Part shown: positions 33,205 through 41,958 of the stretch, piece after piece | Position numbering within the stretch: the first letter of the stretch is position 1 | Layout of the letters: each line of letters opens with the position of its first letter | From: Acidobacteriota bacterium | GTDB lineage: Bacteria > Acidobacteriota > Vicinamibacteria > Vicinamibacterales > 2-12-FULL-66-21 | Assembly: GCA_046726015.1 (NCBI GenBank) | Contig: JBKOZS010000054.1 | Location: 460-64,459, forward strand | Direction of reading: 5' to 3' | Length of the DNA: 64,000 bases | Notes under the pieces: model-generated | Database searches by the model: none | Seen by the model: only the letters and a program-made list of their open reading frames with translations | What the model was told of the DNA's origin: nothing | Position numbers and translations under genes: made by a program

Positions 33205-33729
33205 ATGCAAGACGACGAACTGAACGATTCATCCGAACAGGCGGCGGCCGCAACCGAGAGCGCCCCCGGCGAGCCTGACCTCAACGTGGCGGAGCTCCAG
33301 CAACAGCGCGACCAGTTCTACGATCGCCTGCTGCGGAAAACTGCGGAGTTCGACAACTATCGCAAGCGCATCGAGCGCGAGCGCGTGCAGCAGGCCGAAG
33401 CGGCCGCCGCAGATCTCCTCGAAGAACTGCTCCCGCTCGTGGACGATCTCGAGCGCGCGCTCAGGGCTGACGCCGGCTCCGAGGGGGCCGACGCGTATCG
33501 ACGCGGCGTGGAGTTGATCCATCGCCAGCTGCTGGAGGTGCTGCGCAAGCGCGGCGTCCGTCCGATCGAATCACTCGGCGCTGATTTCGACCCGCACTTT
33601 CACCAGGCGGTCGCGCACGAGTCTGCCCAGGGACACCGCGAAGGTGAAGTGACCGAGGAATTCCGTCGGGGCTACATGCTGGGCGACCGGCTGCTGCGTC
33701 CCGCGATGGTGAAGGTGGCGAAAGGGTGA
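33205..33729 (+). CDS. grpE: nucleotide exchange factor GrpE
   Basis: 174 aa. Has ..FDNYRKRIERE.. and the C-terminal FDPHFHQAV..GYML.DRLLRPAMV block. Confidence 0.95.
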   Translation: MQDDELNDSSEQAAAATESAPGEPDLNVAELQQQRDQFYDRLLRKTAEFDNYRKRIERERVQQAEAAAADLLEELLPLVDDLERALRADAGSEGADAYRRGVELIHRQLLEVLRKRGVRPIESLGADFDPHFHQAVAHESAQGHREGEVTEEFRRGYMLGDRLLRPAMVKVAKG

Positions 33730-34871
33730 GCAAGCGCGACTATTACGAGGTGCTCGGCATCGGCCGGGACGCGACGGACCAGCAGATCAAGAGCGCCTAT
33801 CGGAAGCTCGCGCTCAAATACCATCCCGATCGCAATCCCGGTGATCACACCGCCGAGGAGCATTTCAAGGAAGCGGCGGAAGCGTACGCCGTCCTGGCGG
33901 ACGCGCAGAAACGCGAGCTGTACAACCGCTTCGGACATGCGGGGGTCAGCGGCGCCGGCGCGGGCGCGGGCGGGTTCGATCCAACGGTTTTCGCGGGCTT
34001 CGAAGACATCTTCGGCAGTCTCGGCGATCTCTTCGGGTTCGGCGACGTGTTCGGCGGGCGGCGGCGGCGTGGCGGCCCGCAGCGTGGCGCCGATCTCCGC
34101 TACGACCTCGAAATCTCATTCGAGGAATCGTTCGAAGGGGCCGAAACGGCAATTCAGATCCCGCGCGAAGAAACCTGCGAGACGTGCAAAGGCTCGGGCG
34201 CGGCCGCCGGCAGCATGGCGGAAGTCTGTAATCAGTGCCGCGGTTCAGGCCAGCTCCGCTTTCAGCAGGGATTCCTCACCGTCGCACGACCGTGCACGAA
34301 TTGCCGCGGCACGGGACGCGTCATCAGCAAGCCGTGCCAGGCGTGCCGTGGTGCGGGGCGCGTGGGGCGCGAGCGCAAGATCACGGTCAAGATTCCTCCC
34401 GGGATTGCGACGGGTCAGCGGCTGCGGCTCTACGGCGAGGGTGAACACGGATCGGCGGGCGGCCCCGCGGGCGATCTCTACGTCGTGGTTCACGTGCAGG
34501 AACACCCGTTCTTCCATCGCGAGGGAGACGATCTGTACTGCGAGATGCCGGTGACCTTCCCGACGCTCGCCCTTGGCGGCGATGTCCGCGTGCCGACGAT
34601 GAAATCGGAAGAAGAGATCAAGATCCCCGCCGGGACGCAGCCCGGCGCCCGCTTCAAGCTGCGCGGCAAGGGCATGCCGAACGTGTCAGGTCGCGGGCAC
34701 GGCGACCTGCACGTCATAATGCGCCCGACAGTGCCGAAGAAGCTGACGCGCGAGCAGAAGCACTTGCTCGAGGAACTGGCGAAGACGATGCCGCAGGAGA
34801 TCATCGATCCCGAGACGGCAGAATCGTCGGAGAAGCCGTTCTTCGAGAAGGTCAAGGACATCTTTGGCTGA
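33726..34871 (+). CDS. dnaJ: molecular chaperone DnaJ
   Basis: J domain (DYYEVLGI..YHPDRNPGD), G/F-rich region and four CxxCxGxG zinc-finger repeats. GTGA overlap with the grpE stop. Confidence 0.95.
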   Translation: MSKRDYYEVLGIGRDATDQQIKSAYRKLALKYHPDRNPGDHTAEEHFKEAAEAYAVLADAQKRELYNRFGHAGVSGAGAGAGGFDPTVFAGFEDIFGSLGDLFGFGDVFGGRRRRGGPQRGADLRYDLEISFEESFEGAETAIQIPREETCETCKGSGAAAGSMAEVCNQCRGSGQLRFQQGFLTVARPCTNCRGTGRVISKPCQACRGAGRVGRERKITVKIPPGIATGQRLRLYGEGEHGSAGGPAGDLYVVVHVQEHPFFHREGDDLYCEMPVTFPTLALGGDVRVPTMKSEEEIKIPAGTQPGARFKLRGKGMPNVSGRGHGDLHVIMRPTVPKKLTREQKHLLEELAKTMPQEIIDPETAESSEKPFFEKVKDIFG

Positions 34872-35706
34872 TGCCCCGGCCCTGGAGGTCGCGTTTCTCG
34901 CGGCGCCAGGTCCGGAGGCCTTTCTGCGCGAGCGCCTCTACGCGCTTCTGGACGACTTCAATCCGCTTGCCATTCACGAAGACGACAGCAGCGACACGTG
35001 GCGCGTGTTCTTCCGGTCGGCAGCCGAGCGCGATGCTGCCGCCGCGCATGTCACCGCAGCCGTCGCGCCACACCTGCTACGCATATCGGCTGTCGACGTT
35101 GCCGACGAAGACTGGGCACGGCGTTCCCAGCAAAACCTGACTGCAATTGAAGCCGACGGCCTGGTCGTCGCGCCCCCGTGGGACGTGCCGCGCGGTGCCT
35201 CGAAGCCGGTCATCATCATCGAGCCCTCAATGGGATTCGGCACCGGCCATCATGCCACCACGCGCCTGTGCCTCCGGCTCCTCCAGCAACTCGAACTGCG
35301 GGGCTCGCGCGTCGTCGACATCGGCACCGGCTCGGGCGTGCTTGCGCTCGCAGCCTGGAAACTCGGAGCGCGCGACGTGGTTGCGATCGACAACGATCCG
35401 GATGCGATCAACAACGCGCGCGACAACATTGCGCGGAACGGAGGCGCCGGTGCGATCGACATCATCTGCGACGATCTGAATTCGTTGAAGGTGGAGCCGG
35501 CAGATGTGGTGCTGGCTAATCTGACAGCCGCGGTGCTGGTCCGATTCGCACCGAGGCTGATGAAGCTCGCGGGTCCAAAGGGCTACCTGATTCTCAGCGG
35601 TTTTGCGCCCGATCATCTGACGGAGATTCAACCGGCGTTCGAGGCGACACAGGGGATCAAGGAACTCCACGAAGGCGAGTGGGCGGCAATCTGCCTCCGC
35701 AAATAG
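34864..35706 (+). CDS. prmA: ribosomal protein L11 methyltransferase
   Basis: 280 aa. Has IIIEPSMGFGTGHHATT and the VVDIGTGSGVLA SAM motif. TTG start overlapping the dnaJ end by 8 nt. Confidence 0.88.
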   Translation: MADAPALEVAFLAAPGPEAFLRERLYALLDDFNPLAIHEDDSSDTWRVFFRSAAERDAAAAHVTAAVAPHLLRISAVDVADEDWARRSQQNLTAIEADGLVVAPPWDVPRGASKPVIIIEPSMGFGTGHHATTRLCLRLLQQLELRGSRVVDIGTGSGVLALAAWKLGARDVVAIDNDPDAINNARDNIARNGGAGAIDIICDDLNSLKVEPADVVLANLTAAVLVRFAPRLMKLAGPKGYLILSGFAPDHLTEIQPAFEATQGIKELHEGEWAAICLRK

Positions 35707-35712
35707 GAGGCG

Positions 35713-35763
35713 AATGCCAAACTTTCGTGATTCGGCATTTGGCATTTGACATTCGACATTGAC
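35713..35763. repeat. hairpin (AATGCCAAA 35713-35721 / TTTGGCATT 35738-35746) merging into tandem heptamers TYGRCAT
   Basis: TTCGGCA TTTGGCA TTTGACA TTCGACA TTGAC, read directly in the spacer between convergent prmA and rsmE. Confidence 0.75.
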
Positions 35764-35798
35764 CCGGCGCCTCAGGCGATCAGCCGCGGCGCCTCTCT

Positions 35799-36539
35799 CT
35801 ACAGGTCCGACCACAGGAACTGCAGCACGCCAATCGCGACGATCGCGAGCGCGTCGGCGCGCAGCGTGCGGCGGCCGAGCGTAATCGGCACCCATCCCGC
35901 GCGCACGGCCGTCTCGATCTCTTCCGGCGCCCAGCCCCCTTCTGGTCCCACGAGCAGCGTTGATGAGGCCGGGCGTCGTCCCTGCAACGCCGCGACGGGA
36001 TGCCCTTCAACGCTGACGCTGGGTTCAACCAGCATCAACCGCATCTCGGCGTTGTCCTGGACGATCAATTCGTCGAACGGCGTGCCATTGCCAATCACCG
36101 GGAGAACGGCGCGCCGGCACTGTTTTGCCGACGCCACGGCAATGCGGCGCCAGCGATCGGCCGCCTGCCCTTCCGTGAGCGCTTTCATACGGACCGTGGT
36201 ATGCGCGGTGACGACCGGCTCGATTGCCGCCACGCCCATCATCGTGGCGTCGCGGACGACCTCTTCCATCTTCTCCCCTTTGAGTACCGCCTGCGCGAGC
36301 GTGAGCCGCACGACCGGCTCCGGCGCTGCGCTGATCTCTTCGAGAAGGTGCACGGAGGCCCCTTCACGGCTGACGCGCTCGATGCGCGCCCGGTACTCGC
36401 GGCCGTTGCCATCGAACACGGCAATCTCGTCGCCGAAGCGCAGCCGAAGTACGTTGGTGAGGTGATGCGTTTCCTCGGCAGAGAGCGACGCCGTGTTGGA
36501 AGCGGGATCGAGGTCGGTGGCCAGGAACCGCGGGAGCAT
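35799..36539 (-). CDS. rsmE: 16S rRNA (uracil1498-N3)-methyltransferase RsmE
   Basis: MLPRFLATDL.. start (ATG 36539; alternative ATG 36551). C-terminal LLVGPEGGWAPEEIE...LGRRTLRA block. The track ORF start at 36629 is an upstream extension. Confidence 0.85.
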   Translation of the reverse strand: MLPRFLATDLDPASNTASLSAEETHHLTNVLRLRFGDEIAVFDGNGREYRARIERVSREGASVHLLEEISAAPEPVVRLTLAQAVLKGEKMEEVVRDATMMGVAAIEPVVTAHTTVRMKALTEGQAADRWRRIAVASAKQCRRAVLPVIGNGTPFDELIVQDNAEMRLMLVEPSVSVEGHPVAALQGRRPASSTLLVGPEGGWAPEEIETAVRAGWVPITLGRRTLRADALAIVAIGVLQFLWSDL

Positions 36540-36549
36540 GGGGGTGGCC

Positions 36550-36555
36550 ATTATA
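36550..36555 (-). promoter_or_regulatory. candidate -10 box TATAAT, 10 nt upstream of rsmE ATG 36539
   Basis: Minus strand reads ctcTATAATggccacccccATG. No Shine-Dalgarno sequence lies in between. Confidence 0.4.
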
Positions 36556-36595
36556 GAGTGGGGCCAGAACTCCCGACGAGGGCGCAAGAATCCGC

Positions 36596-36601
36596 TATAC
36601 T
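36596..36601 (+). promoter_or_regulatory. candidate -10 box TATACT, 10 nt upstream of the kinase TTG start
   Basis: gcTATACTcaacgcacacTTG. It forms a compact divergent pair with the rsmE -10 box 40 bp away. Confidence 0.35.
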
Positions 36602-36611
36602 CAACGCACAC

Positions 36612-37598
36612 TTGCTCTTCAAGGGACAAACGCTAGGGAAGTACAAGATCATCGCGCCGCTCGGCAGCGGCGGGTTTGGTACTGTCTACCTTGCACAGGA
36701 CACCTGGATCGACAAGAAGGTTGCGATCAAGGTGCCGCACCGGCAGGGGCTCGACTTCGGTGAACTGCTTCGCGAGCCTCGCCTGCTGGCGTCCGTCAGT
36801 CATCCCAACATCGTCGCGATCACCACGGCGGAGAAGCAGGACAACGTCTTCTTCATCGTGATGGAGTACGTGCAGGGAGAAACGCTCGAGAACATCATTG
36901 CCCTGCGCGGCTCGCTCGAGCTGAACCGGGCGCTCGATTTCACCTGCCAGATCTGCAACGCGGTCGATCACGCGCACCGGCAGGGCGTCATCCATCGCGA
37001 CCTGCGTCCCGCGAACGTGCTCGTCACGGAACACGACATGCTGAAGGTTGCCGACTTCGGCACGTCGCGCTTCCTGGAAATCGCCGCGCACGGCACCACG
37101 GTGATCGGCAGTCCGCCCTACATGGCACCCGAACAGTTTCATGGCAAGGCGGTGTTCGCGTCGGACCTCTACTCGCTGGGCGTGACGATGTACCAGATGC
37201 TCACGGGGCTGCTGCCGTACGACACACCGGCGCCGGCGGACCTGGACAAGCTGATGTCAGGGGAGCTGGTCTCGCCGCCGCGGCTCAAGAATCCGTCGAT
37301 TCCCAAGCCAATCAGCGACATCGTCATGAAGGCGATGGCGCCGGACCCGTCGCAACGGTACCAGCGCGCGACCGACCTCATGGAAGACGTGCTCGCCGCG
37401 AGGAACGCGACACGAACGCCGCCCGCTGGCGCCCTGGCCCGCCCCGCCGCGGGCCCGCGCGCAGGACGCGACGATGCACAGAGCATTCAGAGCCGGTTGC
37501 GCGCGCGAGAGGCGCCCGCCGCCCGCTTCTGCTGGCACTGCCGCAAGCCGCTGCACGCGCGCACGAACCGCTGCCCCTTCTGCGGCGAGAAGCAGTAG
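36612..37598 (+). CDS. Ser/Thr protein kinase (canonical Hanks type) with C-terminal zinc-ribbon
   Basis: LGSGGFGTVY, VAIKVP, HRDLRPANVLV, DFGTSR and YMAPEQ are all present. C-terminal CWHCRKPL..CPFCG. The only upstream in-frame start not overlapping rsmE is TTG 36612. The track ORF from 36000 is an antisense extension over rsmE. Confidence 0.85.
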   Translation: MLFKGQTLGKYKIIAPLGSGGFGTVYLAQDTWIDKKVAIKVPHRQGLDFGELLREPRLLASVSHPNIVAITTAEKQDNVFFIVMEYVQGETLENIIALRGSLELNRALDFTCQICNAVDHAHRQGVIHRDLRPANVLVTEHDMLKVADFGTSRFLEIAAHGTTVIGSPPYMAPEQFHGKAVFASDLYSLGVTMYQMLTGLLPYDTPAPADLDKLMSGELVSPPRLKNPSIPKPISDIVMKAMAPDPSQRYQRATDLMEDVLAARNATRTPPAGALARPAAGPRAGRDDAQSIQSRLRAREAPAARFCWHCRKPLHARTNRCPFCGEKQ

Positions 37599-37630
37599 GT
37601 GACGCAGCTCGCACTACCACCGACTGTTTC

Positions 37631-37696
37631 GCGGAGAGGCCGGTTCGGAGAGGACGGCTAATTGTTTTTAAAACAAAATAGACCTGATCTCTCCGC
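37631..37696. terminator. inverted repeat GCGGAGAG (37631-37638) / CTCTCCGC (37689-37696) around an AT-rich near-palindrome TTGTTTTTAAAACAA; candidate bidirectional terminator
   Basis: Read directly in the 132-nt spacer between the convergent kinase gene and the giant gene. A further GAGAGG unit lies at 37647-37654. Confidence 0.5.
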
Positions 37697-37730
37697 GCTC
37701 ACCGTGGAAACAGGCGCTGCGATTCAACTC

Positions 37731-40700
37731 TTACTCCACTGGCTTGTTCATGTCTGCCTGGATCTCCGCCGCGCTCAGTGCGCGGTTGTAAATCCGGACG
37801 TCGTCGATCAGCCCGCGGAAGAAATCGCTGCCGTTGTTGGTTCCGCCAATCCGGAGCGGCCCCGTGCCCGTTGAGATCAACGCCGTCGCCGCGGTGTTGG
37901 TGACTTCGACACCGTTGACGAACAGGCGCAGCCTGGAGCGGTCGTAGGTCGCGGCCAGGTGCGTCCACGTGTTGCTCGGAATGGATGACGTCCCGGCCGC
38001 ACTGACTTGCGCGGTCGTACGGATCCACGCTGCCGGCACGTTGCCGTTCGACGAGCTGAACAGGGCGTACGAGAACCCGAAGCCTCTCTCCTTGTAAACG
38101 ATCGGCCTCACGTTGTTGCTGCTGGAGGACGGGCGGACCCACGCTTCGATCGTCATACCCGCCGTCAGATCCAACATTGCGTTGTCGGCGATCGTGACGA
38201 ACGCATTCCCCCCGAACGACAGGGCCGATCCTGTCCGACCGGCGGTCGACCACGTGGTGCGCGTTGTGACTCCCGTGTTGCCGGATCCCGACACGTCCAG
38301 GGCTTGCGTGCCGCTCCCTTCGTTGAAGTTGTAGGCGGCAACCAGGCCCGCTGCTGGCGGTTGCGCGTTCAGCACGTCGACCGTTACGCTCGCCTGCGAC
38401 TGATTGCCTGCCGCGTCGCGCGCGATCGCGGTCAACGTGTGCGGACCATCCGGCGCGCTCGTGCTGTCCCACGGTGCCGAATACGGACCGGCCGTCATCT
38501 CATCGCCGAGCGCGGTTCCGTCGACGCTGAACTGAACGCCAACCACACCGACGTTGTCGGTCGCCGTGGCGGTCATCGTCACTGAACCGCTGACGGTCGC
38601 GTCGTTTACGGGAGACGTGATGGCGACGACGGGCGGAGTAATATCCGGGATCACGCTCGAGACGGTGACCGTGATGGACGACTGCGCGTGGTTACCAGCC
38701 GCATCTCGCGCGATGACAGTCACGGTGTGCGGACCATTGGGCACTGCTGTCGAGTCCCACGTCGCCGCATACGGCGCCGTCACGATCTCGGCGCCAAGTG
38801 GCACATCGTCCACCTGGATCTGCACGCCAGCAACGCCCACCGCGTCTGTGGCACTGGCGGTGATCGAAACCTGTCCGGATACCGCCGATCCGTCCGCGGG
38901 CGACGTGATTGAGACGGTGGGTGCTGTCGTGTCCGGCACCACGTTCGCCACGGTGACACTGATGATCGACTCCGACTGGTTGCCGGCCGCATCTCTTGCG
39001 ATGGCGGCGAGTGTGTGCGCTCCCTCTGCCGCGACTGTGGTATCCCAGGTTGCGGTGTAGGGCGCCGTCGACTTCTCGGCGCCAAGTGCCACGCCGTCAA
39101 CCTGGAATTGCACGCCGACGACACCGACGTCGTCCGCCGCACTCGCGACGATCGCGACGGATCCCGACACGCTGGACTGATCCAGCGGCGCGGTAATGGC
39201 CACCGCCGGCGCCGTCGTGTCTCCGAGGACAACGACGGTCGCTTCGGGAGATGGGCCACTGACGTTGCCAGCGGCGTCCTGCGCCGTGATGACGTAGAAA
39301 TACGTGCCCGGGGCGACACCCGTGCTATTCAGCGACGTGAGCGCGGTCTGCGCGATCAGATTCGCCGCGGATGGCGCAAACCCGGGGATCGTCGATCGGT
39401 GCACGTTGTAGTTGGACACGCCAATGTCGTCAGTCGCCGGAGACCACGACAGCGACACGGTTCCGACACCACCGAGGCCTGCCAGGCTCGAAGGAGCCGA
39501 CGGCGGCGTGGTATCGCTCACCGCGGTCGGGAAATGCACGAATGGCGCGAACGACGGCACGCCGGCCGTGTTCACGATGAACAGCAGGTAATAACCCGGG
39601 GGCGCGAGGTTCGCATTGGCGGGGGCCTGGATCGTCAGGCTGCCGGCACCCGCGGTGAAGTTCAGGTTCAGGAAGCGCTGGTCCTGGTCGAAGCCGTGCG
39701 TCACCGCGCCCGGCCGAATCAGCGCCACCGAGGCGATCGAAGCGGCATCAGTCGTTTGCACCGTGAACGTCGAGCCGTACTGAATCAGATCGGGAGCGGC
39801 GGTGATTGTCGGCCGCGGTCCCTTGAAAAGATACGGTGGCGAGTAGAGTTCGGCGCGTGTCTGGTTGACGGCGGGGCCATCGTTTCCGCTGCCGGCAATC
39901 AGCACGCGCCCATCGGGAAGGAGCAGCGCCGTCGAGTGGTACAACCGCGCGAACGATGCGGGCGACAGTGATTTGAACGTCTCGGTCGCCGGCGACCAGA
40001 GCTCTGCGGTGAGGACCCCTTTGCTGACGTCGTACCCATCGAGGGCGGTGCCGCCGCCGGTGACGAGCACGTCGCCATCCGGCAGCAGCGTCATGTTGTG
40101 AAACGCGCGCGGGAACTTCATCGACGCGACCTGCCGCCATGTTGGCGACGGCTGGGTCATATCGATCACGTATCCGGTCGGCTGCGCGACGCCCGTGGTT
40201 CCGCTATCCGCGGCGGTTCCCGTCTTGAGCACCTTGCCCGGGCGGTACATGACGGCGCTGTGCCCGTCCTTCACCACGGGATCGACCATCGACCACGTAC
40301 CGGTCGTCATGTTCAGCGTGCGGGTCTCGTACGCGTCCTCGTTCGATCCCGCAGACAGGAGACGCCCATCCGGGAGCACGAACATGAATGGGTAGTAGTC
40401 GATGCCAAGGCGCGCGCTCGTCAGCTGCGTAAACCGTCTCGAGACCGGATCGAAGATCTCGGGCACGTCCGCCAGACAGGTGAGACAGCTCTGCGCGCCG
40501 GAGGTGACGAGCATGCGGCCGTCAGGCAGCGTCGTCACCGTCGGGTACCAGCGACGGAACGACATGTCAGGGAGCGCCGACCACGTCTGCGATACGGGGT
40601 CGAAGATGTTGGCGTTCGCGGCGCCAAGGCCCGCCGGGTCGTGACCGCCCGCCACGAGGATCCTGCCGTCAGGCAACTGCGCCTGCCCTGCGCAGAACAG

Positions 40701-41864
40701 GTTGTAGAACGGATTCGGGACTGGCGTGATCGTGCCGGTCGCCGGATCCCAGACACGTTCGGGAGCCGAAAACACGTACGAACCGGAGAACATCAGTACT
40801 TTGCCCGTCCGCAGCAGCACCATGTTCACGGCGACGGTACCGACATCGAATCCTGGGCCCCACTGTCCGACGACGTCCGGCGTGTTGCCGACGGACGTGC
40901 TCGTTGCCGTAAAGTCCACGCCGGTGACGCCAGCGTCGCTGATGGTCATCGCGCGCGACGTCGGCGTGAACGTGAAGCCAGACTTCGACGGCGTTACCAC
41001 GTAAGTGCCGTTCGCGAGCCCAGTCAATGAGTAGTTGCCGTTCGCGTCGGCGGTGATCGAACCGGTTGCAGCGCCGTTCAACGTCATCGTCGTACCGCTG
41101 CCGCTGCTCGACGGTGTAATCGTACCGCTCACGCTGAACGTGACCGGCGGCGTACCGCCGACGGGCGTGATCATGTCGGACTGGATCTCCGCTGCCGTCA
41201 GTGCACGGTTGTAGATCCTCACCTCGTCGATCGCACCAGAAAAGTACTCTCCCCAAACTGAGTTCCCGCCAATCCGCAATGGATCGAGCGACGTGGTGAT
41301 CGTGCCAGCGATTGGCGTGGACGCGACCTGCTGTCCGCCGACATACGTGCGCAGTGTGACGCCGTCGTAGGTCGTTGCTACATGAACCCAGGCGTTCGTG
41401 GGCAGGGCCGTGGAACCAGTGGCATCGGTATCACCGCTGTCCACGGAGCGACGGATGTACGCGGCCGCGCGACCGGTCGTGTCTCCGCCATAGAGCGCGT
41501 AGGCCAGGCCGCCGGGACGTTCCTTGAGGATCACCGTCCGCCAGTTCGTCACAGACGCGGCTCTGATCCAGGCCTCGAGCGTCATGCCGTTCGTCAGCGA
41601 GAGCGGCGGCGCGTGGTTCACCGTCACCCAGTCGCCGTTGCCATCAAACGACAGGGCGTCGCCGGACTTTCCGGTGGTCCAGGTCGCCCCGGTGAGCGTG
41701 CCGGTATGGCCGTTACCAGAGACGTCGGCTGTCGTCGCACCGCTTCCCTCGTTGAAGCCGTACGCTGCGACCAAGCCTGTTTGCGCTGCAACTGGCACGG
41801 AGAGCGCAAGGAAGCTTGTAGCGAGAACGATGCGAAACCCAAGGATCGACCGACGGCGGCCCAT
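37731..41864 (-). CDS. giant secreted multidomain protein: LamG-like, CarboxypepD_reg-like, galactose/glyoxal-oxidase-like (copper radical oxidase) beta-propeller plus E-set domain, FN3, 3 Ig-like repeats, LamG-like
   Basis: ATG 41864 gives MGRRRSILGFRIVLATSFLALSVPVAAQ (signal peptide). The track start is TTG 41885. Oxidase motifs NLFCAGQ..DGRILVAGG, RRWYPT, RLYHSTALLLPDGRV and AVTHGFDQDQR. LamG-like ends share ..VRIYNRAL(T/S)AAEIQ.DM. Confidence 0.85.
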   Translation of the reverse strand: MGRRRSILGFRIVLATSFLALSVPVAAQTGLVAAYGFNEGSGATTADVSGNGHTGTLTGATWTTGKSGDALSFDGNGDWVTVNHAPPLSLTNGMTLEAWIRAASVTNWRTVILKERPGGLAYALYGGDTTGRAAAYIRRSVDSGDTDATGSTALPTNAWVHVATTYDGVTLRTYVGGQQVASTPIAGTITTSLDPLRIGGNSVWGEYFSGAIDEVRIYNRALTAAEIQSDMITPVGGTPPVTFSVSGTITPSSSGSGTTMTLNGAATGSITADANGNYSLTGLANGTYVVTPSKSGFTFTPTSRAMTISDAGVTGVDFTATSTSVGNTPDVVGQWGPGFDVGTVAVNMVLLRTGKVLMFSGSYVFSAPERVWDPATGTITPVPNPFYNLFCAGQAQLPDGRILVAGGHDPAGLGAANANIFDPVSQTWSALPDMSFRRWYPTVTTLPDGRMLVTSGAQSCLTCLADVPEIFDPVSRRFTQLTSARLGIDYYPFMFVLPDGRLLSAGSNEDAYETRTLNMTTGTWSMVDPVVKDGHSAVMYRPGKVLKTGTAADSGTTGVAQPTGYVIDMTQPSPTWRQVASMKFPRAFHNMTLLPDGDVLVTGGGTALDGYDVSKGVLTAELWSPATETFKSLSPASFARLYHSTALLLPDGRVLIAGSGNDGPAVNQTRAELYSPPYLFKGPRPTITAAPDLIQYGSTFTVQTTDAASIASVALIRPGAVTHGFDQDQRFLNLNFTAGAGSLTIQAPANANLAPPGYYLLFIVNTAGVPSFAPFVHFPTAVSDTTPPSAPSSLAGLGGVGTVSLSWSPATDDIGVSNYNVHRSTIPGFAPSAANLIAQTALTSLNSTGVAPGTYFYVITAQDAAGNVSGPSPEATVVVLGDTTAPAVAITAPLDQSSVSGSVAIVASAADDVGVVGVQFQVDGVALGAEKSTAPYTATWDTTVAAEGAHTLAAIARDAAGNQSESIISVTVANVVPDTTAPTVSITSPADGSAVSGQVSITASATDAVGVAGVQIQVDDVPLGAEIVTAPYAATWDSTAVPNGPHTVTVIARDAAGNHAQSSITVTVSSVIPDITPPVVAITSPVNDATVSGSVTMTATATDNVGVVGVQFSVDGTALGDEMTAGPYSAPWDSTSAPDGPHTLTAIARDAAGNQSQASVTVDVLNAQPPAAGLVAAYNFNEGSGTQALDVSGSGNTGVTTRTTWSTAGRTGSALSFGGNAFVTIADNAMLDLTAGMTIEAWVRPSSSSNNVRPIVYKERGFGFSYALFSSSNGNVPAAWIRTTAQVSAAGTSSIPSNTWTHLAATYDRSRLRLFVNGVEVTNTAATALISTGTGPLRIGGTNNGSDFFRGLIDDVRIYNRALSAAEIQADMNKPVE
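38349..39221 (-). repeat. three tandem in-frame coding repeats of about 288-297 nt (Ig-like domains) inside the giant gene
   Basis: Protein repeats D(T/I)T(A/P)P.V.IT.P.....VSG.V.....A.D.VGV.GVQ..VD...LG.E....PY...WD.T....G.HT...IARDAAGN......V.V, three times (aa 889-1179 in track numbering). Confidence 0.85.
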
Positions 41865-41958
41865 ATCAGGCACCCCTGCCAGCAATGTGTTCGACGATGA
41901 TTGGACGCGTGTCTGCTCGCGAGATGACTTCCGTCACCACTCGAGCGGACGCATCTTG

